Below are positions 30,095-45,272 of a stretch of 64,000 nucleotides of DNA, one piece after another. Within the stretch, counting starts at the first letter, position 1. Every line of letters starts with the position of its first letter. The notes under the pieces are model-generated. The model ran no database searches and was not told where the DNA came from. It saw only the letters and a program-made list of their open reading frames with translations. The position numbers and the translations under genes are program-made. Source of the stretch: Octopus vulgaris (taxonomy: Eukaryota); the NCBI GenBank assembly GCA_951406725.2, contig OX597822.1, positions 73,718,001 to 73,782,000 of the forward strand, read 5' to 3'.

Positions 30095-30600
30095 GCACAT
30101 ATATCTATATACACACAAATATATGAGCGGACTCGCGAAAAGTCGCACGTACACCTACATATATGCACAAAAAAGTAACTCGCACATACACACACGAATA
30201 ATAACAGACTTCCCTGATGGATTCTCAATTATCTGGGGGCAAGTAGAGAGGGGAGAGGGAAAGGGACAGACAGATTGAGAGAGAGAGAGGGAGAGAGGTG
30301 GTGAGAGAGAAAAAATATGAAAGAGAGAGATGTAGAGAATGAGATTACTAAAAAGAAGATGAGGAATAGAAAGCTATAAAGAATAAGAGTGAAAGAGATT
30401 AGAAAAGAAGGAAAGAGTGGCGGGAGAGGGAGAGAGTAAGAACAAGAGAGAGAGTAAGAGAGTAGAAATAAGCGAGTGAGAGAGAGAGAGAAAGAGGAGG
30501 GGAGAGAACAAAATGGATGAAAAGTAGAAAGCCATAAAGAAAAAGACAAGAAAACAAGATGAAGAAAGAAAGGGAGCGGGCAAAGAAGATGGAGAGGGAA

Positions 30601-30604
<4 letters not shown>

Positions 30605-30680
<76 letters not shown>

Positions 30681-31262
30681 TCAAACAGAGAGAAGTAGAA
30701 GAAGAAGAAGAAGAAGAAGAAGAAGAAGAAGAAGAAGAAGGTGAAGAAGAAGGAGAAAAAGAAGGTGAAGAAGAAGAAGAAGAAAAAAAGAAGAAGGTGA
30801 AGAAGAAGAAGAAGAAGAAAGTGATGATGATGATGAAGAAGAAGAAGGTGATGATGATGAAGAAGAAGAAGAAGAAGGTGAAGAAGAAGGAGAAAAAGAG
30901 GAAGAAGAAGGGGAGAAGAAAGAGAAGAAGAAGAAAAGAAGAAGGAGTAGAAGAAGAAGAAGAAGAAGAAGAAGAAGGGGAAGAAGAAGAAGGAGAAGAA
31001 GAAGGAGAAAAAGAAAATGAAGAAGAAGAAGATAGTGATGATGATGATGAAGAAGAAGAAGAAGAAGAAGAAGAAGAAGAAGAAGGTGAAGAAGAAGGTA
31101 AAGAAGAAGGAGAAAAAGGGGAAGAAGAAGGTGAAGAAGAAAGAGTAAAAGAAGAAGAAGGTGTAGAAGAAGAAGAAGAATGTGAAAAAGAAGAAGAAGA
31201 AGAAGAAGAAGAAGAAGAAGAAGAAGAAGAAGAAGAAGAAGAAGACGACGACGACGACGACG
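30605..31262. repeat. (GA)n and long (GAA)n polypurine tract
   Basis: Directly visible. Confidence 0.95.
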
Positions 31263-31644
31263 ACTGACTACTTTGTCTAATGGGAAATCAACATTGGTTT
31301 TTAGAGCAAAAACTAAATGGTACACTTCTGGAGATGCCATTGGAAGGAATGGTATGTTGCTGAGAATTAGCTCGTTACCATTTCTGCTTTGCACCTCTTT
31401 AACACCCCTATCTTTTTACACCACCACCCCGGACCACAACTCCTCTACCCGACCCGCTAAATATGTTTGTTTAACGCTATTAAACTACATTAATGATAAT
31501 TAAAACATTTAGATCCTGCCTCTCTGCCTCTCTCATACTTTCTTTCTTTCCTTCCTTCTTTCTGTCTTTCTTTCTTTCGTCCTCTAAGTAATTTTTATAT
31601 TACCTGGGTGTATTCGCTTCTCTCTCTCTCTCCTTCTCTCTTTA

Positions 31645-31682
<38 letters not shown>

Positions 31683-31763
31683 ATATATATATATATATGG
31701 ATTATAAGGGTGTGTATGTGTTTATGTTTGTGTATGTGTCTGTGTATACATGTGTATGTGTAT

Positions 31764-31799
<36 letters not shown>

Positions 31800-32140
31800 T
31801 GAACGACCGGTCGGTGGACAGAAAAAGAGGGACAAACAGACGGATGAATGGATGGATGTATGGATTAAGATAAATGGATAGAGGTTTATACACACACAGT
31901 TTTTTAAAATCATTTTGAATTTTTTGAACTTTCTGTTTTTTCTTACTGTTTTTCTTACTCCGTACTTTGTTACTTCGCCTCTATCTCCCCTCCTCTCTCT
32001 CCCCTTTTCTTTTCTTTTTCGTCTTCTGTTCTTTTCTTTTCCTTTTCTCTCCTTTTTTTCTTATATATATATATTATATATATGATATAAATATACATCA
32101 TATATATAATATATATACATATATTTTATATATATACATA

Positions 32141-32209
<69 letters not shown>

Positions 32210-32432
32210 ATATATAGAGAAAATAGAAAAGAGTGAAAAAACTACAGAAGGCTTGTTTTATAAGGTTAAAGAATATATTTAAGTCGTTATGTCAGTAGAA
32301 TGTTATAAATTTTTTCATATAGTAACATAGTTTTTGAAGAAATTACAGGTTTCGTGTTAACTTTTCAAATTTCTCAAATGTCTTTACCTACATCGTGTTA
32401 TGTCTTCGTTATGCAGTGCAAAGAAGAGTTCC

Positions 32433-32484
<52 letters not shown>

Positions 32485-32598
32485 CTAGTTCAGTCCCAGA
32501 ACTTGGCACCTCCGGTAAGTATCTTCTATTATGGCCTTGGGTCAACCAATATCCTGTGAGCGAATTTGATCTGACAGAAACTTTGTGGAGACCTGTCA

Positions 32599-32647
<49 letters not shown>

Positions 32648-33157
32648 TCATAAATTTATACATATGTATGTGAGTGCATCTTTCTATATGTCCGTCACTG
32701 TTTCTCAACTGGTGTTCACTTATGTCCCCCGTAACTTAACGGTTCGGTTAAAGAACCCGAATAAATGTGTAGCACACTTAAAAATGAAAAAAGTAAAAAG
32801 AAAAGCATAAGTACTGATTCCATTTTCTCGACTGCACTCTTCCCGATGGTGCCCTAGCATGGCCGCAAGTCAATGACTGCAACAAATAAAAGATACAGAC
32901 GCGCAAACGCAGTTTATCCTCTCTCTTTAGTTTTCTATTGCCTCCTCCTCCTCCTCTTTTACTGAATCACCCCTGCTAGCTCTTTTTTTTTATTATCCCT
33001 TCTCTCATCCTCTCTCTCTATTTCGCTTTCTATCTTTCTTGTCAACATTTTCTCTTATTCTGTCTCTCTCTCTTCTACTTAGCAGCCACCATTACGTTGT
33101 CCAGATAACAATTTTCAACCGTCATCCGACATTTTGTTTCTATACTCCTCTCCTCTC

Positions 33158-33298
33158 AGGTCGACTTTGCCTTTCATCCTTTCGGGGTGCATTAAATAAG
33201 TACCAGTTTCGCACTGGTTTCGATGTAATCGACTTAATCCCTTTGTCTGTCCTTGTTTGTACCCTCCATGTTTAGCCCCTTGTGGGCAGTAAAGAAAT
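33158..33298 (+). mobile_element. SINE family B, 5'-truncated (core plus tail 1)
   Basis: aggtcgactttgcctttcatcc...gccccttgtgggcagtaaagaaat. Confidence 0.8.
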
Positions 33299-33420
33299 AT
33301 ATATATTCCTCTCCTATGGCCCTGGTTGTTTCTATATTTATCAGTCTGTCTTTTTGTCTATCAATCGTCTTTCATATCTATCTAGCTAGCTATAGATCCT
33401 CCTCTCTCTGTCTCTCTCAC

Positions 33421-33493
<73 letters not shown>

Positions 33494-33518
33494 CCTACCT
33501 ACCTTATCTACCTACCTA

Positions 33519-33735
33519 TTGATCCCTATTGATCAAATTTTTTCCTTTCCCTTTCCCCCCCACTTATTTTTAAAATTTTATTTTATACCCCCCCCCCCCC
33601 CTTTTGCCCTCTTTCTTTCCATTAACGATCCCTTTTGATCGAAAACCAAACCCCCTTCTTTTACCCCCAAAAGAAAAGCTCTACCTTGTAATTTTGTCCT
33701 GTCTGTGTGCAGCCCTGTGTGGCTAATAAAGAAAC
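33519..33735 (+). mobile_element. LINE 3' UTR-like element inserted in (TCTA)n
   Basis: aaagaaaagctctaccttgtaattttgtcctgtctgtgtgcagccctgtgtggctaataaagaaac. A second copy lies at 44386-44539 (-). Confidence 0.65.
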
Positions 33736-33751
33736 ATATCTATCTATCTAC

Positions 33752-33782
<31 letters not shown>

Positions 33783-34100
33783 TCCATCCATCCATCCATC
33801 CATCCATCCATCCATCCATCCATTTATCTATCTACCTATTTGTCTACCTATCTCTCTGTTTACCTTTCCATCTATGTATCTGTCTAATACGCCGCTTCAC
33901 TTCCAGCAACACTCGATGTTATTCTCTAACCTCACCTGGAAACCCCAAAATAATTAGTATTGCTTTTAAAAAGAAGAGCATCAAAGACATTTGGCTTTCT
34001 CTTCAGAACCGAATAACAACCTTACGCCGGAACACCGTCTGGTCGGTTAAGGCATTTCGGTTGAAAAAGCCGACTTATAATGGTTTCTCCATGCATACGC

Positions 34101-34214
<114 letters not shown>

Positions 34215-34268
34215 CAAACACAAACACAAAAACACAAAAACACATGCATGCTTATATAAACACGCATG

Positions 34269-34377
<109 letters not shown>

Positions 34378-34888
34378 GTACGTACGTAAATAGATACATG
34401 TATATATATGTATATATGTATACAGATATATATTTGTATATATGTACATGTATATATCTATATGTTTACATATAAATATATATATATATACATATGTGTA
34501 TATATATGCATATATATACATATGTATATATATGTATAGATATATACGTATGTGTATATATATATGTTCACATGTATGTATGTATATCTATATACACACA
34601 CACACACATATATATATATAAATAAATAAATATATATATATATATATATATACTTTATTAAAACATATTACTCTATATTACTTTATAAAGCATATTACTC
34701 TACCCCTGGTATTTGAGTACTCTTTTTTCCATCTTGTTTCACATTTATGTGTTTGCTCCGGTATATATATATATATGCATACGTACAAACATACATTATA
34801 TACTTATATATATGTATGTATGTATACATATGAATACATGTATAAACATAAACTTGTGTGTGTGTGTATATATGTATATATATATATG

Positions 34889-34928
<40 letters not shown>

Positions 34929-34959
34929 GAGAGAGAGAGAGAGAAAGAGAGAGAGAGTA

Positions 34960-35065
<106 letters not shown>

Positions 35066-35709
35066 GCATATGCATGTATATATGTAATTTTATTTTCAAT
35101 GTTTGAGAAAATGCTTCAGTATTGAAACATTTGTACAGCTGAAACTTATATCTTTATTCCTCTTTCTCTGCTCTACTTCCCGCTGAATTCTTTTTCTGGG
35201 ATTTAGTTGTTTTCTATACAAATATTACTTATCTACTAAATATTAGCTACTAAGTAATATGTGTGTATGGGAGGGTGACGCAAAGCAAAAGCAACAGCAA
35301 GTGAAAGGATTGTCGCAGTTAATATCCTTAAGTGGACGCTCAAAGGGGGGAAATCCTTTTTAGAGTAAATTTATAACGTTTCGGAAATATTTTCTTTCGT
35401 CGGATACTAGGGCAAAGTCGAGGAGAGAATGGAAAGTAAAGGAAAGGAGGAAAGGAAATAATAAAAAAGAAATCCAAGGAACAGCGCTCCTGTGTGACTT
35501 TCACATGTTCGACCTCATACATGTCTGTGTATATAGATATATATATATATATATATTTACATGTATATACATATACATGCATATACATATACAAATACAT
35601 ACGTACATATACGTACATGTGTGTGTGTATATGTGTGTATGTGAGTATATGTGTGTGTATGTAAGTGTATGTGTGTGTATGTGTGTTTATGTGTTTATGT
35701 GTGTGTGTG

Positions 35710-35977
35710 CAGGTGCATAGCTCGGTGGTTAGAGCGTTGGGTTTACAATCGTGAGTTCGATTCCCTGAGCGGGCTGTGTATTGTTTTCTGTGCAATATAT
35801 GTTGTTTCATGTTGGTCCAACTGTAGAAATGAGCTGCGATGTCACTGGTGCCAGGCTGTACCGGCCTTTGCCTTTCCCTTAGATAACATCAGTGGCGTTG
35901 AGAGGGGAGGCCGGTATGAATGGGCGACTGTTTGGCTTTCCATAAGCAACCTTTCTCAGTGCAATCCCATGGTTATT
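35710..35977 (+). mobile_element. SINE family E
   Basis: Matches the reverse complement of 14043-14384. Confidence 0.8.
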
Positions 35978-36019
35978 CGTGTGTGTGTGCTTATATGTAT
36001 ATATGTGTGTGTAGAGTGT

Positions 36020-36066
<47 letters not shown>

Positions 36067-36832
36067 AATAGATTGATAGATAGATAAAAAAGTGAGATTG
36101 GCAAAGAAAGACGCTTATGCGTACAAATGGAGCAGAACTCAACAGGCGAAGACGAGTTTAGATGTATAGGAAAACAACTGTTACTCAGAGTTTCACACAA
36201 TCAAACACGTATGGTACCTAGGTACGATCCTTCAGACAATATTGTGAAATTATGAACCACATACAAAATCCACAGCTATATTCGTCAGATCGATTCTCAC
36301 TGGTTAAGGCTGATCAACGGATTACACATGCTGCAGACCCTTTTTCCTTCGGATAGAATGTATCAAAAAGTGAGATCCTCAACGTCTTTGCCTTGAAGGC
36401 AATTACTCTGTGTAACTGAAGCTTTTATAGTTTTATATTTATAAATCTTTACGGTTTATATAATACTTAATTCCTTTATATTCTAGAATTGCTCAAAACA
36501 ATTTGTGTCGAAGAATTTTAATATGATACTGGATTATGTGTTACTTAATTGGGGTAGTCTATTTGCTTGTGCTTAAGTAGCTGTTAAATTAACTGCGGTT
36601 CTCATGAGACCTAGAGGAAGACTAAATTATGATGCTTCTTTTTTATATTATTTTCCAGTGGAAAGGCGTGAAAATATGCAAAACGTTTTCTAGGTTTCAA
36701 TACGTAACTCTTTTAGTATTGTTGATATTTAAAATTCCAACGATGAAACTTTGTTTCATTGCAAGAAATCGGACTCTTCCTTACAAGATGATGATGATGA
36801 TGATGATGAAGATGATAATGATGATGATGATG

Positions 36833-36870
<38 letters not shown>

Positions 36871-36966
36871 AATAATGATGAAAGATAAATTCAAAGACTT
36901 AACTAAAAAGGAAGACATTTTTACATATTTATGCGTATACGCCAATAGACTTATATTCATATGCAA

Positions 36967-37345
36967 ATGTAGCTTGCTTACCAAACACATGGTACCGGGT
37001 TCAGTCCCACTGTGTGGGACCTTGGGCAAGTGTCTTCTACTACAGCCTCGGTCCGACTAAAGCCTTGTGAGTGGATTTGGTAGACGGAAACTGAAAGAAG
37101 CCCGTCGACTATATGTATATGTATATATGTGTGTGTGTATTTGTGCGTCTGTGTCTTGTCTCCTCAGCATCGCTTGACAACCGATGCTGGTGTGTTTACG
37201 TCCCCGTAACCGAGCGGTTCGGTAAAAAGAGACCGATAGTATAAGTACTAGGATTACTAAGAATAAGTCCTGGGGTCGATTTGCTCGACAAAAAGGCGGT
37301 GCTCCAGCATGGCCGCAGTCAAATGACTGAAACACGTAAAAGAGT
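36967..37345 (+). mobile_element. SINE family A, slightly 5'-truncated
   Basis: Body and tail match the other family A copies. Confidence 0.85.
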
Positions 37346-37467
37346 ATACATTTACGCATACAGTTTTACATGCATACACATTCCTACAAACGCTAATACA
37401 CACATACACATTCGTAAATACTTACACAGACGCATACACATATATATAGTTTCGAAATGTGTGTATG

Positions 37468-37596
37468 TGCCGGAGCCTGTTGGAGCTTTTTAGGTGCTTT
37501 CGCTCAACAAACACTCACAACGCCCGGTGTGGGAATCGAAACCGCGATCCTACGACCGCGAGTCCGCTGCCCTAACCACTAGGCCATTGCGCCTCC
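37468..37596 (-). mobile_element. SINE family D, 5' part
   Basis: Head matches 26200-26326. Confidence 0.8.
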
Positions 37597-37986
37597 ACAC
37601 ACACACACACACATACACACACACACACATATATATATGTGTGTGTGTGTGTGTGTGTATGTATGTCAGCTTTATTTAATAACTGTTGATTAGTTTAATA
37701 GTTTTACTATATTCGTTATAGAAACCTTTTATTCAAGATTGTGACGGATATTACTACAAGCAGCATGGCTAGACATAACAATGTCATGAAGCATCGGAGA
37801 AAACAGAAAAATATGCTTTATCTCAAAAATTAAACAGAATCTTATTTACTGTAGCTATAGAAAGAAAAGGAACCGAAATTATGAAGTACGTTCTACTCGG
37901 AGTTACGAACACAATAATGACTTAGATAACTGCTATAAAGTGGCCGGTAAAGATAATTTCTTATTGATATGAACAGAATGAAAATA

Positions 37987-38552
37987 TTGGGTTGTCCGGA
38001 AAGTTCGTGCCGATTTATAGTAGCTTACCTTGAGACTTATTTTAGAACATGCTTGAGTCCATAAAATAGGATTTGACTACACCTCCATTTAGAGCACAGT
38101 TTAAGCCATCTTTTCGTGGAAGAAGGCTTATGTTCCGATAACCTGTGTTAATCCTGTAACCCTTTAAAACGGAAGATAAGAAAGTTCATTTTCGGCATTT
38201 GATGCTTTGGGAACCAGACAAAAATTGCTGCAACTCGGCTGGGATGTGTTACCCCACCCTCCATATTCACCAGGTATTGCTCCTTCGGATTTCCACTTAT
38301 TCAGGTCTCTGCAGAATAGCCTTAATGGTAAACATTTCAATTCCTTGGATGACGTAAAAAGATACCTTGATGAATTCTTTGCCATGAAACTACCTCAATT
38401 CTGGGAAGAGGGTATTTTCAAGTTAAAGGAAAGATGGAGACGCCTTGTGCAACAAAATGGTTTATATTTGGTTGATTAAAAATGTAATGGCAAGTATTTA
38501 TTGACATTTTTCTTTCCTTTAAAAATTGGCACGAACTTTCCGGACAACCCAA
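37987..38552 (+). mobile_element. internally deleted mariner transposon (non-autonomous)
   Basis: ~30-bp TIRs ttgggttgtccggaaagttcgtgcc / ggcacgaactttccggacaacccaa, with TA on both sides. N-terminal EDKKVHFRHLML is fused to C-terminal WDVLPHPPYSPGIAPSDFHLFRSLQNSL. Confidence 0.95.
38207..38479 (+). pseudogene. mariner transposase C-terminal remnant
   Basis: YSPGIAPSDFHLF matches the mariner YSPDLAPSD motif. The HTH and the first two catalytic Asp residues are deleted. Confidence 0.9.
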
Positions 38553-39559
38553 TACAATGGGATTTTCTTCATTTAGAGCTAAAATATCTCACCACAAACT
38601 GATTGTGCCGGCGAGTAACATTTATTGGATGTAAAAGAATTGATAATTATATATTTATTCATAAATATGTGAGCAGTGAGCAAATAGCACGGCATGAGCG
38701 TGTTTCTAGAGCATATAGGACTACAGCAGGTGTAGTAAAAGATCGATATTCTATCTGGCAGTAAAACTTATGATCCACGTCTTGCTCCCAGTAACCATAG
38801 CAGCAGACATGATAAGTGCGAAGATAATTATAATGTATTATTAGGGAAAATGTTTCAAAGAAAGATTATCTCGATTTTAAAACTCCCGCTACAAGACAGA
38901 TGATATTTGACTAATATTGATAAGAAGGTATCGGGTGTGAATATTTACACCAGAATACTGAAGAATAATTATGCGTAGTGGCAAAATAAATGTGTTTATA
39001 TTCTCTTTCGACAACTGTAGAGTAATGTCCTGAAGATGCTGAAGAAGTATACAATAGTAACACAATAATTAAAAGAAATAGCATCATGAAATAGAGAAAA
39101 AACGACTTGATCTGCGGAAGACTTTGCAGTGGTTTTTGCATATAAACCAATAAGCAGTGACACTTTTCATGCCTTCCGATAAAGAACTCACCGTCAGCAA
39201 TTTCCGTATTGAAAGTTATGCAGACTGCCTTTACTTTAAACGTAAACAAGAACATAGAAGCTTAAAATCAATTCAAGCATCTGTGGAATGTCGCATCATA
39301 TCCCTTCGGCAGCATCTATGGGCCACCCAGCATTGAAATATGTGCATGGATCAAGCATGCCTACGTGAGGCAAATAGCAACCTGAAAGTCGGGAAATGAG
39401 TCAATCGAAGCGGATTCCTCTATCGGGTGGCTAGGAACACACACCCAGGGAAGTTGCACAGCTCTATCGCAGGTGTACAACTATCGAAAAGCTGTCTGTT
39501 ACATGTTATGCATTGCTCTGTTGCCAGAAAACTTCACAGTCAGCCAACAACCGGTATAT

Positions 39560-40500
39560 TAGCCCTTCAATCAAGAAAAAGGAAATATCAATGAAATGCT
39601 TGCTGCACCAAAAAGATACAAATGTAAGTAAAACAGCAAGATGTGTCAACCGGCGTTGAATTAATACCAAAGATATGACCTACATCATAAGTAAATGTCT
39701 AAAAGCGCCATCATATTATTATCATGGGGTATGGCGTAATAGATTTTAAAACTATATAATCAGTAGGGAGGATAATGCTGAAGAACAAAAAAGAAATTAC
39801 TGTATGGTGGGTATGCTAACTCATAACATGTAAGAATCTTTTCTACTCTAGGTACAAGGCCCGACATTTTGGAAGATGGAACCAGCCGATTAGATCGACC
39901 CCTGTACGTAACTGGTACTTAATTTATTGACCTCCGAAAGGATGAAAAGCAAAGTCGACCTTGGCGGAATTTGAACTCAGAACATAAAGACAGACGAAAT
40001 ACCTATTTCTTTACTACCCACAAGGGGCTAAACACAGAAGGGACAAACAAGGACAGACAAACAGATTAAGCCGATTACATCGATCCCAGTGCGTAACTGG
40101 TACTTATTTAATCGATCCCGAAAGGATGAAAGGCAAAGTTGACCTCGGCGGAATTTGAACTCAGAACGTAGCGGCAGATGAAATACCGCTAAGCATTTCG
40201 CCCGGTGTGCTAACGTTTCTGCCAGCTCGCCGCCTTTATAACATGAAAGAATAATGGTTAAAATATTACAGTAAAAACATCTGTAATATGTAAGGATAAC
40301 AAACCAGGCACAAAGATCTTGGACAGAGAAATGAAAGTGTGGACGGTAGTGGATATCAATTGTTCAGTAGACGTTAAATATATAAAGATGAAACTAATGA
40401 GAAATCTGTAGGAAACTGCATACGGATGAGAAATTTAGATTAATCCATATGATTATGGAGCTATTTGACGTAGTTAAATGCCTCAGACCCAATCATGAAA
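39560..40500 (+). mobile_element. ancient R4/Dong-like LINE remnant interrupted by a SINE
   Basis: Decayed zinc-knuckle region (EISMKCLLHQK...CVNRR*INTKDMTYIISKCLK...YYY) and RLE region (KTSVICKDNKPGTKILDRE...VVDINCSVDV). Confidence 0.6.
39835..40236 (-). mobile_element. SINE family B, two-core form
   Basis: Same layout as 3516-3931. Confidence 0.9.
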
Positions 40501-40956
40501 GCTGTTTTTTACGAAACCAGAAAGAAAAGGGATAATTAAGAAATTGTACTTGACGGCCCTTAATAGAACTGTGAAAGTGCAAAGCATTTCAATAGTACCC
40601 ACACGTATACAGACAAAAATGTATGTGAATTATCGTACACATGCATATATTGAAATATACTGATCCACACATGAAATAACATGCATGCAAGCACATATGC
40701 ATGTATGCATGACTGTTTGGTAGACACTGTCCAAATTCCAATAATTGTTTCAGCGCTGGAAGTCGGCGCCTCCGCTATTGGTGAGAGATGTTGATGTTTG
40801 AGATGAAGAAATGAAAAGAGGAAGAGATAAAGGAACATACATAGGGTACATGTGTGTGTATGTGCGCGTGGGTCTGTGTGTGAGTGAATGTATATATACA
40901 TACATACATACATATATACATACATACATACATACATACATACATACATACATACA

Positions 40957-40987
<31 letters not shown>

Positions 40988-41530
40988 GTGTGTACACACA
41001 CACACGCGCACATATCCACACACATCTGTCTATTTATCTATCGATATATATATATATATCAATAAATATCAGGGTAGCAAAAAAAGTATTTAGAAATGTT
41101 TTGCTACCATTGGTCTAGCGTGAAAAAAATACTAGTCAATAGACTATATATTATTCATATAAATACAGTGTACATTTAAACACATAAGGGTTGGTCATAA
41201 TAGGACATCTACCCCTAAGGGGTTACATGTCCTATTATGGGCATCTCTTTAATGCTTAAATGTACATTGTAATTATATGATATGATATGATATGTGTGTG
41301 TGTGTGATGATTGCGTCTTCTCGAGAGATGATAGCCGTCCCATCAATACACACACCACACCCATCACACAGTACAATCACTCCGCTGATGCATGAGTCCT
41401 TAGATGACTTTTAAGACCAGCTGCTGACTGATAGGGTTTAAAATACAAGTAACAGATATTATTCAAGTTTCTTATATATACATATATATATATATATATA
41501 AAGTATTCACGTATATATACGTTATGTATG

Positions 41531-41595
<65 letters not shown>

Positions 41596-41761
41596 TACAT
41601 ATAAATATACACATGCATGCACATGGATATATACATATCAATATACATGTCATGACACCCACAGACATATATTACTATGTATACATGTAAATGTGGGTAT
41701 GTACATATATGTATGTATATATGCATATATTTATATATTATCTATATTATACATGTATATG

Positions 41762-41812
<51 letters not shown>

Positions 41813-42657
41813 GCAGAAATATATATGTATGCATGTATATATGTAATACACCACAAGTGCATCAAAACCCACAGCTTCTGTAGCCAGGCGATAAATATAT
41901 ATTTGTAAGTGTAATTATCATCTCGTTTGGTTCTGCTACAAACTGTTTAAGTAATAATAACCAAACTGTGGAATTTTCAGGCAGAGAAGTAGAGCAACTA
42001 AATACTTATTCTGCAGATTCATTCTCTAAACGGAACCATGGAAATATGCAAGAATTTTGGAAAATACATCATGCAATTCTATACTGCTGTTTCAGTCAGA
42101 ATTTCATTTTTTTTTATATATGTATGCATGTATGTATGTATGTATGTATGTATGTATGTATGTATGTATGTATGTATGTATGTATGCATGTATGTATGTA
42201 TGTATGTATGCGTGTATGCGTGTATGCATGTATGTATGCATATATGTATGTATGTATGCATGTATGTATGTATGTATGTATGTATGTATGTATGTATGTA
42301 TGTATGTATGTATGTATGCATGTGTTTATGTATGTATGTGTGTGTGTCTTCGTACGTGTACATACATGTAAATATACATACATGCGTGCATACTTATTTT
42401 CCGCACAAATATACAGACATTTACAAATGTGCGTATGTTTTCCTTTGTGTATACATCCATGAATTTATGCATATGCGCATGCGTATACGTGAGTATGCAT
42501 GTATTTACATCCAGCAGAAAACACACTCACATATGTATGTATATGTATACACACACACATATGCATTTATGTACACGTATATATAGATACATACATACAT
42601 ACATACATACATACATACATACATACATACATACATACATACATACATACACACACA

Positions 42658-42688
<31 letters not shown>

Positions 42689-42738
42689 GCACGCAATTTT
42701 TATTAGTGTGCATATCTGGATATATGTATATATATATG

Positions 42739-42805
<67 letters not shown>

Positions 42806-43195
42806 GTATAAATATGTATGTGTGTGTGTATAGATGTGTGTGTGTATGTATGTACGTATGTATGTATTGCAGGCATGAGTGGGGGCTTTAATAACGATAA
42901 GATACATAGGAGCGAACTGCTTGTTTTATATCTTCTGTTACAACCATTTCCTCGACAAAAGCATGGACATTACACTATCTTATCTACGCTTGCCAATAAA
43001 TTTCGAAGCATTGTACTTGTATAATAAATCACTACCTTACAGTGTTCTCTCTTTTACGCGCAGAGTTCAAATCCTACGGACAGCTCAAATTCTCTTGATT
43101 CGATAAAATAAAGTACCAATCAAGTCCTGGTTTCCATCTAATCGACTAATCCCCTTCCGTGTCCAAATTGCTTGCCTGGTGCCAAAATTCTAAAT

Positions 43196-43597
43196 CATTC
43201 TTTTCTACTCTATGCACAAGGCCCGAAATTTTGGGGGAGGGAGGCAGTCGATTAGATCGACCCCTGTACGAAACTGGTACTTAATTTATTGACCCCGAAA
43301 GGACGAAAGGCAAAGTTGATCACAGCGGAATTTGAATTCAGAACGTAACGGCAGACGAAATACCTATTTCTTTACTACCCACAAGGGGCTAAACACAGAG
43401 GGGTCGAACAAGAACAGACAAATGGATTAAGTCGATTACATCGAGCCCAGTGCGTAACTGGTACTTATTTAAACGACCCCGAGAGGATAAAAGGCAAAGT
43501 CGACCTCGGCGGAATTTGAACTCAGAACGTAACGGCAGATAAAATACGGCTACGCATTTCGCCCTACGTGCTAACGTTTCTGCCAGCTCGCCGCCTT
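43196..43597 (-). mobile_element. SINE family B, two-core form
   Basis: Same layout. A decayed plus-strand copy precedes it at ~43040-43190. Confidence 0.9.
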
Positions 43598-44385
43598 AGA
43601 AGTCTAAATTATTGAAGGAGGTTGGATTAAGCGTAGAACGAAATTCTTTATGGTATTCTTGCAGCTCTTTATGAGATGGCGTCACACGACGCAAGATCAA
43701 ACAGATCCTGCTTTACAAATGAATTAATTCTTATGTTATACAATTTTGTTGTTTATTTTATATCTTCGGTATATATTTAGCCTGTGTCCAGAAATCCGGA
43801 AAATCCAGACCACCTCCGGTCCCAAGTCTGCCGGATAAGAGGATCTGTATCTTTATATATACTTGTACCTTTCGTATTTTATTTGTTTTAGTCTTTGAAC
43901 TGCGGCGAAGATGGGGCACAGCCTTAAGGAATTTTGAATCGGATGAATCAAATCCCGCTCTTTTTGCCGAACAGCTAGTATAAGCGGACGTAAACACACC
44001 ATCACCGTTTGACAAATCGTTGTTGGGTACAAACACAGACGCAAAACACAAACACGCGTATATATATATAATTATAAACAAACTTTGGAAGTGTCGAATG
44101 TGTTTGGTATTTTACAGACAAGAAATGAAATTTCGGACGCCATAAAGTTGTAAGAACAGCGATGAAAAATTAGGTGTTTACAATTATAAGACGTTAAAAG
44201 AGATGTCAGCGGGCGTCTACGGGAATCGAAATACGACGAGATTCTTTCAGTTTCCGCCTATCAAATCCATCCAGGAGGCTTTAATCAGCTCGAAGCTGTA
44301 GTTGAAGACACTTGTTCAGAACCAAGTTGTTGAGAAGCACAGACGGAGAGAAATTAAATAGATAGATAGATAGATAGATAGATAT

Positions 44386-44539
44386 GTTTCTTTATTAGCC
44401 ACACAGGGCTGCACACAGATAGAACAAATTACAAGGTAGAGCTTTTCTTTTGAAGGTTTAAAAAAAAAAAGAAAAAAAAAAGGAAAGGGGGGAGTTTCGA
44501 TCAAAAGGGATCGTAAAAGGAAAGAAAGAGGACAAAAAT
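44386..44539 (-). mobile_element. LINE 3' UTR-like element inserted in (GATA)n
   Basis: The reverse complement matches 33600-33735. (GATA)n on both sides. Confidence 0.65.
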
Positions 44540-44541
44540 AT

Positions 44542-44593
<52 letters not shown>

Positions 44594-44619
44594 GTAGGTA
44601 GGTAGATAGATAGATAGAC

Positions 44620-44700
<81 letters not shown>

Positions 44701-45232
44701 TTGCATCTATAATCGTTTAGTATTATACGCAGATATGCTCACGCTTATCATCAAGACTCCGTGACAAAAACCCTCAACTAATAAAATTAGTTAAGCGCCA
44801 TTTCACAAAATTAACCCATAACTCCAATGTTGTAACTATTTCCATTTTTCTATGATGGATGTGGGTTTCTTCTCTACCTAGTTCAAATTCCACCGAGGAA
44901 CGTAAAGAGGGACCAAATACCACTAAGCATTTTTTTCCGGCGTGCTAACGATTCTGCTAACTCACCGAGTTACTAAAATAAAATATGATCGATTAATATG
45001 AATGCAGTCCGCCATCTGGGCTGTAGTCCAATGACTGAAACTTGTGAAAGTTTAAAAAGTTACAAAAATAGAACTCCTTAGTATTAAACATTTACGAGTA
45101 GAATATCTCCAACATATGATATATGTTATAGTATTTATATATATATTGTATAGAGGATCGTGGGGAAGGCCAGAACAATGCGAAGTAAATGCAAGGTAAA
45201 TCACAAGAAAACAAATATATGAATTAATGCCA

Positions 45233-45272
<40 letters not shown>

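Noticed and set aside
30797-31267. Lys/Glu-rich acidic ORF
   Set aside because: It is pure (GAA)n low-complexity sequence.
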